Shown in pieces: positions 22,580-35,545 of a stretch of DNA of 64,000 bases (position 1 is the stretch's first letter; the number at the start of each line of letters is the position of its first letter). Source of the DNA: Octopus sinensis (Eukaryota); assembly GCF_006345805.1 (NCBI RefSeq), contig NC_043023.1, forward strand, positions 4,030,001 to 4,094,000. Direction: 5' to 3'. A program made the translations under genes and the position numbers. A model generated the notes under the pieces. The model saw only the letters and a list, made by a program, of their open reading frames with translations. It ran no database searches and was not told the origin of the DNA.

Positions 22580-23260
22580 AAAAGTGCGTATAAAGCATAT
22601 GCAGTAATGTACAAATGTCTGGGAAGTGAACAGTGTATGCGTCAGATACATGCTTGTGTGTGAATGGAGGGGAGAAAATCAGGTGTAGTGTTGGCGAATC
22701 TCAGGAAGCATTGAAGTTTTGAAGGATGCAGTGCTCTGACAAATAACAACTGATGCCGGCAGTTTGTTCCATACTTCAGCAACACTTAGCGTGAAAAAAT
22801 GTTTCCGAAAGTCATGGGAGCTGTGCTGTTTTCTGACTTTGTAAACATGTCCACGGGTGTTGTTAAATGGGTGGAGTTTGAAAAGGTGCTCAGAGTTATT
22901 GTTTGTAAGATGGTTAATAAAAGGTGCTCAGATTTATTGTTTGTAAGATGGTTTGTAAGATGCCAAGTCAGCTGCCAGATGTCGGAGTTTCAATGTGTCC
23001 ATGCCCAGGGAAGTAAGATGTTCAGAATATGGCAAATGCCTGATGGAGGTTGCACGTCGCTGAACGGCTTCCAAACGATTAATATCCTGGGCAAGATAGG
23101 GGTTCCAGACCGGTGATGCAAATTCCAGGTGAGGTCGCACCATAGCTATATAAAGCCGCAGATAGATAGCCGGAGAGCAGCTCACAAAGGACATTGTGAG
23201 TGATGCCAAGATACCCTCAGCCTTCTTGGCAATTTTCATGGTGATCATATGTAATCTCCT
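22580..23260 (-). pseudogene. CR1/L2-group LINE reverse-transcriptase C-terminal remnant
   Basis: LYIAMVRPHLEFASPVWNPY...RLEAVQRRAT...LPYSEHLTSLGMDTLKLR. Confidence 0.85.
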
Positions 23261-23354
23261 TCATGCTCATGATTGCAATCTCATAACCTGCACTGATGAA
23301 GACTTGTAGTTCCTGGTGGACTGCTTTTCAGCTGAATATGATGTGCTTGACCTT

Positions 23355-24050
23355 CATCATCATCATCATTGTTCGACTGTGGTTGAGACAATGGAATTTA
23401 CCATGCTATGCCAGACTTCACGGTCCATCATGGCATTACGGAGGCCCTGTTGTTGGATGCCTGTATCCCTGGAGATTACATCAGGGTAGGAGAGTGTGCG
23501 CCCTCTGGTATCACAAGCAGATGGCTTCCAGAGGAGAAGAGTAGAAATTACCTCGTTTTCAGCTCTACAACAATGTCCAGCAAACTGGACTCTCCTACCT
23601 TTCACAAGAGATGACACAGGTGGTAGTTTCCCATATATTTGCATTTTGGTTGGATGACGCTTCCACGAGAGATTTTGAGCTTTCATAAGGAGGCGAGTGT
23701 AGGTTCCATCCAACCGCCTCTCAAGCTTCTTTGATAACGTCCAGGTTTCTGAGCCATATAGTAGAATTGGTTTGACTGCGGCTTTGAAGATTTCAAGTTT
23801 GAAGTCTCTACTTAGATTTGATGACCAGATCTTATGCATGTCATTACAGGCTGACAGAGTTAAGTAGACTGCCAAGTCTTATTCAGTGAGTTTGCTTCAG
23901 GGAAAAGTCCATGGGGTTGCCCTCTTCGAAGATACAGGGACCAACTCAAAGCAACACTGAAAGCCACTGGAATTGAGCTCAAATTGCTTGAAACACTAAC
24001 CTGAGGCATACCAAGTGGCAGGGTTCCATCACCATTGGGACTAAAAACTT
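23355..24050 (-). pseudogene. RTE-group LINE 3' end with (tga)n tail
   Basis: FKAAVKPILLYGSETWTL...RRVQFAGHCCR...AMMDREVW; catcat tail at 23355-23368. Confidence 0.85.
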
Positions 24051-24832
24051 GGGGGCCACCAGAAAAGAAAAGGAAGAAACCAAACGATAGGAGAGAAAGG
24101 CTCGTCCTCAACCTACACTCCTATGCAGTCAATGCCATCGACTCTTCTATGTAGGAATTGGTCTACAGTGTCATCAATGGCATCACCATAAAGGAAGCAT
24201 TCAGCAAAGAACAAAAGAAATTCTTGGATACAAGATAAAGCTGATGAAGAAGACTGCAGCCATGTTGCAAACACCAGGCACCCCCCCCCCATTCTACAAT
24301 TATAAACATAATTATAATCAGGGGTCAGCTAATTACTTCACCATGCACCGAATTTAGAAACAGGTAGCAGAATTTAGAAATATGGTAGCAGAAAAAGCAT
24401 TTTAATTCCTGTTTCCAAATTCGGTGCGTGTTGAAGCAATTAGCTGATCCCTAATTATAATTATGTTTATAATTATAGAATATTTGTATGATTTTATCTA
24501 AAAAGTTTCTTTCAACATACCGAACTACTTGGTAAAATTATTAATTATTAATTAATCAATTAATTTTACCCTTTTATTATTATTAGATGAAATCATGGCG
24601 ACTGAAGAAGGGGATTTTCCTTGTGTTATTTGTCCTGTACTCTATTTTTTTGTTGTTTAAAAAAATGTCCAGTTCCTTGGGTTTGTGTCTATGTTTTCGT
24701 TTCTCATTGTGTTCAACGACCTTTTGGTGTCCTGTACTCATATATGCGTGTATATGTACATGTAGAGGTAGGTACGTACATATATGTATATATATATGCA
24801 TATGTTTTATTTATTAATATATATATATATAT

Positions 24833-24879
<47 letters not shown>

Positions 24880-24894
24880 AAAGGGTAAAGAGTA

Positions 24895-25190
24895 AGGACC
24901 CTGTCTTCAGTCATAAATGACCATGAGATTGCACATAGAAAGTTCACCTGTAAGGGACAAGTCTGGGAAAAGGTTGTTCATGGAAGACCAGCAGTCACCC
25001 ATGCATACCAGCCTCCCTTTTCCATGCCACCGATGTTATCCAAGACAAAGAGAAAGGGGTCAATACAGCTTGGCACCTGTGACGTCGCAACTCATTTCTA
25101 CAGCTGAGTGAACTGCAGCAACGTGAAATAAAGTGTCTTGCTCAAGAACACAATACACAGCTCAGACTTGGAATCAAACTCATTACCTCA
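24895..25190 (-). mobile_element. tRNA-headed SINE (related to 221-533)
   Basis: Contains 'cagcaacgtgaaataaagtgtcttgctcaagaacac'. Confidence 0.65.
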
Positions 25191-25191
25191 T

Positions 25192-25610
25192 TATTTACAT
25201 TCGACGGTTATTTGTCCTCATCTTGTTTGTTGTTAACACGTTTCAGCTGATATACCCTCCAGCCTTCATCAGGTGTCTTGGAGAAATTACGAACCTGGGT
25301 TCTCATTCCTAAGGTATTTTTCGATGTTATTATTATTATTATTATTGTTACTGCCTGGAATTGAACTCAGAATCTTGGGGTTAGTAGCCTGTGCTCTTAA
25401 CCACTATGCTATAACCCCAAGATTCTGAGTTCAATTCCAGGCAGTAACAATAATAATAATAATAATAATAACATCGAAAAATACCTTAGGAATGAGAACC
25501 CAGGTTCGTAATTTCTCCAAGACACCTGATGAAGGCTGGAGGGTATATCAGCTGAAATGTTGTGTTAACAAACAAGATGAGGACAAATATCTGTCAAATG
25601 TAAATAATGT
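25192..25610. mobile_element. Head-to-head fold-back of a tRNA-head/(AAT)n/hammerhead element
   Basis: Arms 25192-25383 and 25412-25610 around a 28-nt loop; hammerhead cores CTGATGA at 25272-25266 (-) and 25526-25532 (+). Confidence 0.85.
25519..25566 (+). ncRNA. Hammerhead ribozyme motif, family 1
   Basis: gacac-CTGATGA-a-ggctg..cagct-GAAA(25554-57)-t-GTT-gtgtt; predicted cleavage after 25561. Confidence 0.65.
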
Positions 25611-26299
25611 ACATAATTCCTCATCTCTTAAATATAGAACTGTATAAAAATCTTGACTGTTTTGAAAACCATTCTTTGTTTGTTTTTGCATTTCCCATGT
25701 ATATCATTCACTGATATTTCATACATATTCACATTTGATAATACAGTTTCAAAAAAAATAAAATGGTTATTACTGCAATTGAATAGAAAAGGATAAATGT
25801 GTTTGTTTTTTTTTCAGCAATCCCCATTTGGGGACACCTGGAGAAGACTGGAGGGTATATCAGCCGAAAGGTTGTGTTAACAACAAACAAAATGAGGACA
25901 AATATCCGATAAGTGTAAATAATGTAAATAATTCCTAATCTCTTAAATAAAGAACTGTAGAGATAATAAACTTATTTTTATCAATCTCTTTATCTATCTT
26001 TGTATACAAGCTACAATTTATTCCAAAGGGAATTGTAACTGCTTTTGGGGCTGTACAGCAAACTACTTTTTAATTGAATGAACTGGTACCACTCATGTAG
26101 AGAAATCTAAGGTTATTTATCATAAAATAGGCTCCCTACCTTTTATAGCAGGGCCCTACAGTATTGAGTGGGGCCTGGAGCAATTGCCCTCTTCGTTTAC
26201 CCACCTATAAATCTGGCCCTGCTTAGCTGGATGTTGTGTTTCTAGCATGACTTGATTCCCCCTCCCGCCAGCAGTGACCCCAAAATGGATAGCTGAAAC

Positions 26300-26525
26300 T
26301 TTTCCTGCTCATGTAATCCTTCTAACTCTCCTCATTAAAACCCCTAGGACTACTACATCTGGGACATCAATGAGAGGGGAAACCACCAAGGATGCTCACA
26401 ATACCAAAGACTTTTTATGTCTGCTATTGGGGACGTCATGGCCAACATGAATAAAGTTCACCTGATCAAAGCATTTAGTTGTTTTAGAAATTGTATCAAG
26501 GCAATAATTGAGGCGAGTGTGGTTC
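26300..26525 (+). pseudogene. maT/DD37D-like transposase C-terminal remnant
   Basis: NPLDYYIWDINERETTKDAHNTKD...VMANMNKVHLIKAFSCFRNCI..IIEAS. Confidence 0.7.
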
Positions 26526-26810
26526 TGTGGAAACAGCTTTTTGCTTTGTGTATGTAACAATACACTCTTTTACTTGTTTCAGTCATTTGACTGTGGCCAT
26601 GCTGGAGCACCGCATTTACACAGAACACAAACAAAATAAAGGATTAAAGAGGCTGAAGAAAAGTATTACAAATCCAACAGCTGTTTCTGAGGGTCTCAGC
26701 AGATATTTTGCATGTAAACATATATACACTTTTTTGTATACATTTTTTGTATTTCATGTATTGTTAATAAAACTTTATATATTAATCTGTCACACTTGCT
26801 TATCCCTACA

Positions 26811-26859
<49 letters not shown>

Positions 26860-27640
26860 TAACGAGGGAGATGAATTGAATATTAATTTCATTAATATCA
26901 ATTTAAAACCAGTAGCCTAGCATACAAAAATCTGAAAAATCAGAGAAAATTCTAATGCATGTGTATATTTAAAGGGCTAAAAAACCACTATGTGGACAGC
27001 CATATGCTAGAAGCAGATCACCTATGATCAAACTATAAAGAAAGAATGTTCTCTGGTGTGTCCGCTGAATTTTTCTCTAGAGAACATTCTTTTCTTTGTA
27101 GTTTGATCGTAGGTGATCTACTTCTAGCATATGGCTGTCCACATAGTGGTTTTAAATACACACACACACACATATATATAAATATATGACATTAAAAATA
27201 AGAATGGAGAATTATACTTCCTCAAAAGCTTATTGCAGTATCCTATACAATCTTATAATGCAAGTGAACCAACAGGATTCATCTGGATTCCACATCTTAG
27301 GGGGTCCATGCAATAGAAACACGTGTTGGACAGAGATTTAAAGTCAATGTCTTGTATATGATAGAACAAGTCTTTGAGGATATATGGTTCTCCATTCTTA
27401 TTTCTAATGTCTTGAATATACACTCTGGAAACTGTATAATAACCAAAGAAGCAAACTCAGGCTTTACCCATAGGGGGGAAATACCTTGGAATTGTTTACC
27501 TTAAATAATTTCCCATAGTTTCATACCATTTAAGATGGTTAGCCAGAACCTAGATTACAACAGACCTCTTGTAAGGTACCTGCCTATATTCAAAATTCCT
27601 ATTACTTTATGTTGTATATGTATATCTACATATATATAAG

Positions 27641-27935
27641 TGGAGGTGCAATGGCCCAGTGGTTAGGGCAGCGGACTCGCGGTCATGATTCCCAGACTGG
27701 GCGTTGTGAGTGTTTATTGAGCGAAAACACCTGAAACTCCACGAGGCTCCGGCAGGGGGTGGTGGCGATCCCTGCTGTACTCTTTCACCACAACTTTCTC
27801 TCACTCTTTCTTCTGTTGGCCTGCTCGCTTAGCCAGTGGGGTGGTGACATTTGAAGGCTAAAACAATGCGAAGCGCATTGTGACCAGCGATGTGTAGCAA
27901 CATCTGATAGCCTGGTCTGTCACGGTGATGGTGAC
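27641..27935 (+). mobile_element. SINE family C
   Basis: Head ggaggtgcaatggcccagtggttagggcagcggactcgcgg; reverse copy at 43255-43567. Confidence 0.85.
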
Positions 27936-28804
27936 ATACATATATATATATATTTATATATCTTATGATACCATAAAATTGTAATATTTTCCCTAATTTC
28001 TTAGTCAAGATTAGCAAAAGTGAAACCGGTTGACTATGTTAATCATCATCATCATCATCATCATCGTTTAACATCCACTTTCCATGCTGGCATGGGTTGG
28101 ATGGCTTGACTGAAGGCTGCAACAGGCTCCAGTCTGATCTGGCAGAGTTTCTATAGCTGGATGCCCTTGCTAATGCCAGCCACTCCGAGAGTGTAGTGGG
28201 TGCTTTTATGTGTCACTAGCACGAGGGCCAGTCAGTTGGTACTGGCATCAGCCAAGCTTAAATAGTGTTTTTTATGTGCCACCGGCATGGGAGCTGGTCA
28301 GTGGCCCTGGCAACAATCATGCATGAATGGTGCTTTGTAAAAAAAAATATATATGTTCTGTGCATGTTCCTTCTTTTTATTTTATTTTTTGCAACAACTC
28401 ACCACTGTAGCTGTGTGGTAAGAAGCTTGCTTCCCAACCACATGGTTCAAGGTTCAGTCCCACTGTGTGGCACCTTGAGCAAGTGTTTTCTACTACAGCC
28501 TTGGGCCAACCAAAGTCTTGTGAGTGGACTTGGTAGATGGAAACTGAAAGAAGCCTGTCATATACATAACAAAAGAGAGCGATAGAATAAGTGTTATGCT
28601 TACAAAGAATGAGTCCTGGGGTCGATTCCTTTGACTAAAGCCCATGCTCCAGCATGGCCACAGTCAGATGGCTGAAATGTGTAAAAGAGTAAAAGAAAAA
28701 TATATTTGGAAGTGTGTACGAAACAAATATGCGTAGAAAGAACATATGTGTATATGTATGTATATAAAGATAAGTGTATATATGTACAAATACATATATG
28801 TATT

Positions 28805-28844
<40 letters not shown>

Positions 28845-29225
28845 CTCTTTACTCTTTTACTCTTTTACTTGTTTCAGTCATTTGACTGCGGCCATGCTGG
28901 AGCACCACCTTTAGTCGAGCAACTCGACACTGGGACTTATTCTTTTGTAAGCCCAGTACTTATTTTCTCAGTCCCTTTTGCCGAACCGCTAAGTTACAGG
29001 GACATAAACACACCAGCATTGGTTGTCAAGCAATGCTAGGGGGACAAACGCAGGCACACAAACACGCATATATATATATACATATATACGACGGGCTTCT
29101 TTCAGTTTCCATCTACCAAATCCACTCACAAGGCTTTGGTCAGCCCGACACTACAGTAGAAGACACTTGCCCAAGGTGCCATGCAGTGGGACTGAACCCG
29201 GAACCATGTGGTTGGTAAGCAAGTG
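28845..29225 (-). mobile_element. SINE family A (an opposite-strand diverged copy lies at 28400-28690)
   Basis: Family match. Confidence 0.85.
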
Positions 29226-29249
29226 TGTGTGTTTGTTTACTGAATTATG

Positions 29250-29500
29250 ATTGAAAAGGTGTTTACATATATGCATATGCATATATATATATATTGTATA
29301 TATAAATGAGTATATATGCATGTGTGTATATACTATACGATAAATGCATGTGTGTATATACTATACAATAAATATATTGATATCTGTATATATACACACA
29401 CAATTTTGTTCATGTATATTACTGTATATATAAAAGAACTATATATGTGTATGTATATATATATTATGTGTGTGTGTTTATTAGTGTGTATATCTGTACC

Positions 29501-29537
<37 letters not shown>

Positions 29538-30309
29538 GTATGTATATGCATTAGTTCTGATCTTTTAACGGCCATGTGTAAAAGTTTACATGTATGTATA
29601 TTTGTGTATATAACTATGCATATATATATCTGCATGTGTGTATGTATAGAGTATAAATGAAATATGTGTGTATATGTCAAGATGTATATTTGTGTGTGTG
29701 TGTGTGTGCATATATATATACACATATGTATAACACAGATGAGTTGAGGAATATATAGGTATATGTATGCATGTGCGAATATGCTGTAATTATGTGTATA
29801 ATGTGTAGATGTATATGTGTGTGTATGAAATTATGTGCTTGCATATGTATGTATAAACTAAATTTTCTGTAAAAGTGTCTAGATTTATACATGTATCTGC
29901 ATACATGTATGTATATATATATATATATATTATATGTCTAAATATGTGTGTATATATATATATGTATATTATGTCTAGATGTGTTTGTGTGTGTATATAT
30001 ATATATGATTAGATGTGTGTGCATGTATATATATATATGATGATGCATGATTTTAGTCATGTATATATGTGTGTGTGTATATATTTCTGTGTGTGTGTAT
30101 GCGTATATATATATATGACTAGATGTGTGTGTGTATATATATATATATATGATGATGCATGATTTTAGTCATGTATATATATGTGTGTGAGTATATATGA
30201 CTAGATGTGTGTACGTATATATATATGATGATGTATGATTTTAAGTCATATATATATATATATGTGTGTATGAAAATATTTCTGTGTGAGTGTGTGTATG
30301 CATATAATA

Positions 30310-30367
<58 letters not shown>

Positions 30368-30400
30368 GTATGTATATATACACACACACAAAACACTAAC
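29250..30400. repeat. Degenerate TA/TG microsatellite field with about 90-bp higher-order repeats near 30000-30250
   Basis: Low complexity; 'atgatgcatgattttagtcatg' recurs. Confidence 0.9.
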
Positions 30401-32044
30401 TGAAATTTGACTGTATGAAAAACTAGTTTTAAATTAGGATTATCTGATTAAAATAATATTTAATCTTTCCAATTTAAAATTCTACAATTTTATCAAACTT
30501 TTCCAGTCTTACAAACCCAACCTAGAAAAATACCAGATTAGCATTTCTTATTCATCTTCATGCTGTTGTTGTTGTTGTTATTGCTGTTGTTGGTGATACT
30601 GCTGTTTTTTAGTTTCTTCTTGTTGCTTCTTTCCTTCCTTCTCTCTTTCTTTCTTTCTTTCTTTCCTTCTTTCCATCTCCTCCCCTCCTCCCACACTCAT
30701 TTCTTTCTTTCCTTCTTTCTTTTTCTTTCTTCCTACCTCCCCCCCTCACTTCCTTCATTTTCTTCTTTTCTTCTTTCCTTCTATTTTCTTCCTGATATCA
30801 CTTCCATGGCCCCCACCACCAACACCACAATGATTCCCGTCCCTAGGCTGCAGTAGAAGACACTTGCCCAAGGTGCCACACAGTGGGACTGAACCTGCAA
30901 CTATGTAGTTGGTAAGCAAGCTACTTACCACACAGCCACATATATACATAAACATACTAGAAAGTCCTTGAATAGGAAGACAAGGCAAAAACAGAATCTA
31001 CAATATAGAAGTGAATGCTAGTTTGGTAGTAGATTTAATAATATTTATTTATCAGAATGCGGCCATATAGTAAAACATTTCATTCTGAAGTGGAATCTTG
31101 TTAAAGTATTCAGAACTGTGAATGCTCTCCTGACTTCTGCGTGAGAAGGAAACATATGCATTGTGGCTGCATTCTGATAAGTAAATATTTAAATAGATAT
31201 AGTGGTATGTTTATGTATGCACGATAGATAAATATTAGTATTATAATACCATTGGATTTATTACGTAGAGATGATATCTATTTATGCTATAAGGAGTTAT
31301 TTTGTTTGTTTATATATCCTAGAATATTAGCGTATTTTGACTTCTTACAATTAATCTCTTATAATTTAATTATTATAAACTGATGTCAACTCAGTATATG
31401 TATATTTCTATGTCTTTTGATAGTCAAACGAAAATGTTTAATCTATACTTTATAATTTAGCGTATGTTTGAATATAACATATAGCGGTTAAGTTAGTAGA
31501 CGTTTAGTTATAAAATACTATGGCTACGGAAAATACGGTGTCATATGAATTATGTACCTTATGAAAAATTACATTCTATGTCTTGATATAATTATATGTA
31601 TCTTTGCAATTAATGTTTTATGGAAATATGTGAGTGGATCTTCTTGGTTAATACCGCGGCCTTGATGTCGTTTTGGGGGGGCTGGATGTCTGCATGCATG
31701 TATGTGCAATCGGTTGGGTTTCTCTGTTTTTCCATGTATATAGTTACGATTATACCTCTTATATTATTTATTTATTTATGATTTGGCTGTGTATGTGGCT
31801 ATGTATGTGTATGGGTGTATGTGTGTGTGTATACATATAATTATGTATGTATGTGCACTGGATCTGTGGATGTGCGGGTGCGTATGTGCGTTTCTTGACT
31901 AACTAACCATAAAATTTCCATTGTGATTCAAATTTAAAACTATAAGCCAATCGAATCTATCTAGAATAATCAATATCAAGCGGACAGATGAATTAGACTT
32001 ATTGATATGTAGATGTCCGCTTGCTGTACATGGTACAATCATGG

Positions 32045-32079
<35 letters not shown>

Positions 32080-32387
32080 ATTAATTTTATTGACTTTTTG
32101 TAGGGTTATACATTTTAATGAACTGGACTTTTTTTTTATATATATATATATGTCTGCTTTAAATTTAAATGTGAGTGTACATGTATTTCCTTGATGTTAG
32201 TTATGGAACTAGGAGTCCAATATGGAAAACAACTGTGTTTGTTAATGTATACTGATATATTTTGTTTATATTGTATTATTGTATTAATGTGTATATATAT
32301 ATGTGTAGAATTATGAGTGTCTATGCACACATTTTTATATTTTATATTTTTATATAATATGTAAATTTTTTTCACACTTATATTAAA

Positions 32388-32500
32388 TTCTCTGAAGAGG
32401 CCGTGAGACATCCTTGTTAATGTCTCATTTATACCTGCTTTATATGGCTAATAGGTTAAATGAGACATACTTGTCCTCATGGCCGAAACAGCTGTCAGAT
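32388..32500 (+). ncRNA. Hammerhead ribozyme motif, family 2, extended stem II
   Basis: tct-CTGAAGA(32392-98)-ggccgtgag...ctcatggcc-GAAAC(32485-89)-AGCT-GTC-aga. Core intact, 9-bp stem II base, 3-bp stem I. Confidence 0.7.
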
Positions 32501-32664
32501 ATGATGTAATTGTATTTTATATTTCTATTTCCATGTCTAGTTATATTTACAATATATTATGTATAATGTCTTTGCTGTTATGTAATGGTGTAATAAAGTA
32601 TGATTGGGTATTATCTGATGTTGATGATTGATTGATTTAAGTATGTTTCTCCATTTTCTCATTT

Positions 32665-32707
<43 letters not shown>

Positions 32708-32709
32708 TT

Positions 32710-32921
32710 TTATTCCTTTACTTGTTTCAGTAATTTGACTGTGGCCATGCTGGAGCACCACTTTTAGTTGAACAAATCGACCCCAGGACTCACTCTATGT
32801 AAGCCTAGTACTTATTTTATCGGCCTCCTTTGGTGAATCACTAAGTTATGGGGACGTAAACACACCAGCATTGGTTGTCAAGTGATGGTGGGGTGACAAA
32901 TACAGACACACAAATATATAC

Positions 32922-32979
<58 letters not shown>

Positions 32980-33125
32980 GCTTCTTTCAGTTTCCATCAA
33001 CCAAATCCATTTACAAGGCTTTAGTCGGCCCGAGGCTATAGTAGAAGACACTTGCCCAAGGTGCCACATAATGGAACTGAACCCAGAACCATGTGGTTGG
33101 GAAACAAGCTTCTTACCACAAAGAC
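32710..33125 (-). mobile_element. SINE family A
   Basis: Family match. Confidence 0.8.
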
Positions 33126-33136
33126 ATACCATTTAT

Positions 33137-33167
<31 letters not shown>

Positions 33168-33169
33168 AT

Positions 33170-33566
33170 ACTAGCAGTATCGCCCGGCGTTGCTCGGGTT
33201 TGTAAGGGAAATAACTATATAAGCATTTTTAGAGAGTTATAGCAAAAAAATAGCAAAAAAATGCATTAAAAATTGAAAAAAAATTAAGGTAAATTTCTTT
33301 TTAAATCGTTGACACATCGTAGATATTTTTAGAGAGTTACTTCCCTTATATAATAGCGAAAAAATGCATTAAAATGGAAAAATATGATGGTAAATTTTTT
33401 AAAATCGTAGACTCATCGTAGACGCGCGCTAATACCCAGAAGGGCTCGATATGACTCACGACTATAAGATACCCGGTTTTGGTTACACTGCACGCAAAAT
33501 GTGGGAGTAGTTAGGAATCTAAATCGTAGGAGACAGACATCCAACTTCACTTTTATATATTAAGAT
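33170..33566 (+). mobile_element. Non-autonomous Helitron/Helentron-like element
   Basis: Starts actagcagtatcgcccggcgttgctcggg; ends cttttatatattaagat. Confidence 0.6.
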
Positions 33567-33677
33567 ATAAGTCACGTAGTTCTATACACATACTTTGTTA
33601 TATACACATTCTTAAAAGAAAATGTTATTTTGAATACAACATTTATAAAGAATAAAATATTTTTTGGTTTTTCTTAA

Positions 33678-34345
33678 CCCTTTCGTTACTATATTTCTGA
33701 CCAAAATACACCCCTTATGTGTTTCAATTAATTTCTAACGTAATCATAAATTTAGTCTGGTTTCATTAAACAACTATAACTTTTTTATTTATCAATATAT
33801 TAACGTGATTTTTGGAAGATAATTTAATGAAATGTCCTCAACCAATTCTATACTATAATTTTTGTCACAAAGTGACTAATTGCAGGTAGATACAGGTAAA
33901 TACAACAAAATATAAAATTATTAAAATTTTTGTTCAAACATCGCTATAGAAAATGGGTTATTAGCTAATATTCAATTGGGTATACAACAAAATTTTACGA
34001 TAGAATTTGTTATTCTGGGTAACTTTCTGATACCCATAATAATATTTATGGCAAAATAGGCCTTAATTTAATTTAAGGTTGTGGGAAATAACAAACTATC
34101 CTTTCTTTCGTTTTGTTTACGTTTAGCGTAACGGTTCGTTTCTGCCGTAATGATTTCAAATAGGCTCATTCGAAAAAGTAAAAAGAAATAGTTTAAGGCT
34201 TTATACTCTTCTGGGAAAGTCTGTGGCTTGGTGCAGTTTCTTCAGAAAAATTACCGAAAGAAACAGTTTTTAAATTTTCACTCCATTCAGGTGCTAATTC
34301 GTTTTCTTTATCGCTGTCGGATTCACTGTTTTCACTTTAATAGCT
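33678..34345 (-). mobile_element. piggyBac remnant: terminus plus transposase fragment
   Basis: TTAA-CCCTTTCGTTAC at 33674; minus-strand ALNYFFLLFRMSLFEIITAETNRYAKRK (PGBD-like ETNRYA motif) at about 34100-34200. Confidence 0.75.
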
Positions 34346-34689
34346 GCAAACTTGCAAAGACAAAGGAGGAGAAGGGTGATAGCGTCAGTGAAACAGTTCG
34401 CTCCCTTTGTGTGTGTGTGCGTTTGCGTGTGGTGTATCCCACATTAAGAAAAACATTTGACATATACACCAGAATGTGAGTTTTCTCTAAATTTTGCTTA
34501 ATTGGGGTTGAAATTTTAAAAACCGGACCTGGCAAAACCCGATGCATTCTACTCTTAAAAATGCTAGGTAAATTGTAATTGAAGAAATCCTATATTGTAG
34601 ATTTCTATAACTGACAAAGGGAGGCAGATAAAATCTGCCTTTTATAATAAGAGATACATGCTAGAATTGAACAGTGAGAGTGAATATTT

Positions 34690-34898
34690 TCTACTCTGGG
34701 CACAAGGCCTGAAATTTTTGGGGAGGGGGCCAGTCGATTAGATCGATCCCAGTATGCAACTGGTACTTAATTTATTGAGCCCGAAAGGATGAAGGGCAAA
34801 GTCGACCTCAGTGGAATTTGAACTCAGAACATAACGGCAGACAAAATACTGCTGATCATTTCTCCCAGCGTGCTAACGTATCTGCCAGCTTGCCACCT
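34690..34898 (-). mobile_element. SINE family B monomer (others at about 36500-36690, 37880-38082, 49855-50065, 55053-55265 and 60852-61042)
   Basis: Head plus one central domain with a different tail (ggcacaaggcctgaaattt) from the arrayed form. Confidence 0.75.
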
Positions 34899-35144
34899 TT
34901 TTTATTTTTCTGGAAATCGAAACCACACTACCTTGTGAGCATGAGTGCAACGTCCTAACCACTAGGCCACGCGTCTTCAGAACAGTGAGAATGAATGCTT
35001 AGCACAGCATTTGATGAGTGTGTCTTGTGTGTATGTGAATGTGTATGTGTGTATATATACATATATATATATGTATGTATGTATTTATGTATGTGAGAAT
35101 ATGTAAATATATATATATATATATATGTGTATATTTGTGTATAT

Positions 35145-35545
35145 ACTCTTTTACTTGTTTCAGTCATTTGACTGCAGCCATGCTGGAGCACCGCCTTTAA
35201 TCGAGCAACTCAACCCCGGGACTTATTTTTTTGTAAGCCCAGTACTTATTCTATCGGTCTGTTTTGCCGAACCGCTAAGTGACTGGGACGTAAACACACC
35301 AGCATTGGTTGTCAAGCAATGTTGGGGGGACAAACACAGACACACAAACACACACATATATATATATTATATATATATATATATATATACGACAGGCTTC
35401 TTTCAGTTTCCGTCTACCAAATCCTCTCACAAGGCTTTGGTCGGCCCGAGGCTATAGTAGAAGACGCATGCCCAAGGTGTCACGCAGTGGGACTGAACCC
35501 GGAACCATGTGGTTGGTTAGCAAGCTACTTACCACACAGCCCTCC
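35145..35545 (-). mobile_element. SINE family A
   Basis: Family match. Confidence 0.85.

Noticed and set aside
24602-24608. CTGAAGA as a hammerhead core (also the minus-strand one near 4595 and CTGATGA at about 62615)
   Set aside because: No downstream GAAA with a closing stem II or stem I found in these copies.
27641-27715. tRNA gene (also other A/B-box heads at 3878-3937, 15208 and 25350-25412)
   Set aside because: No complete cloverleaf; each continues into a repeated SINE body.
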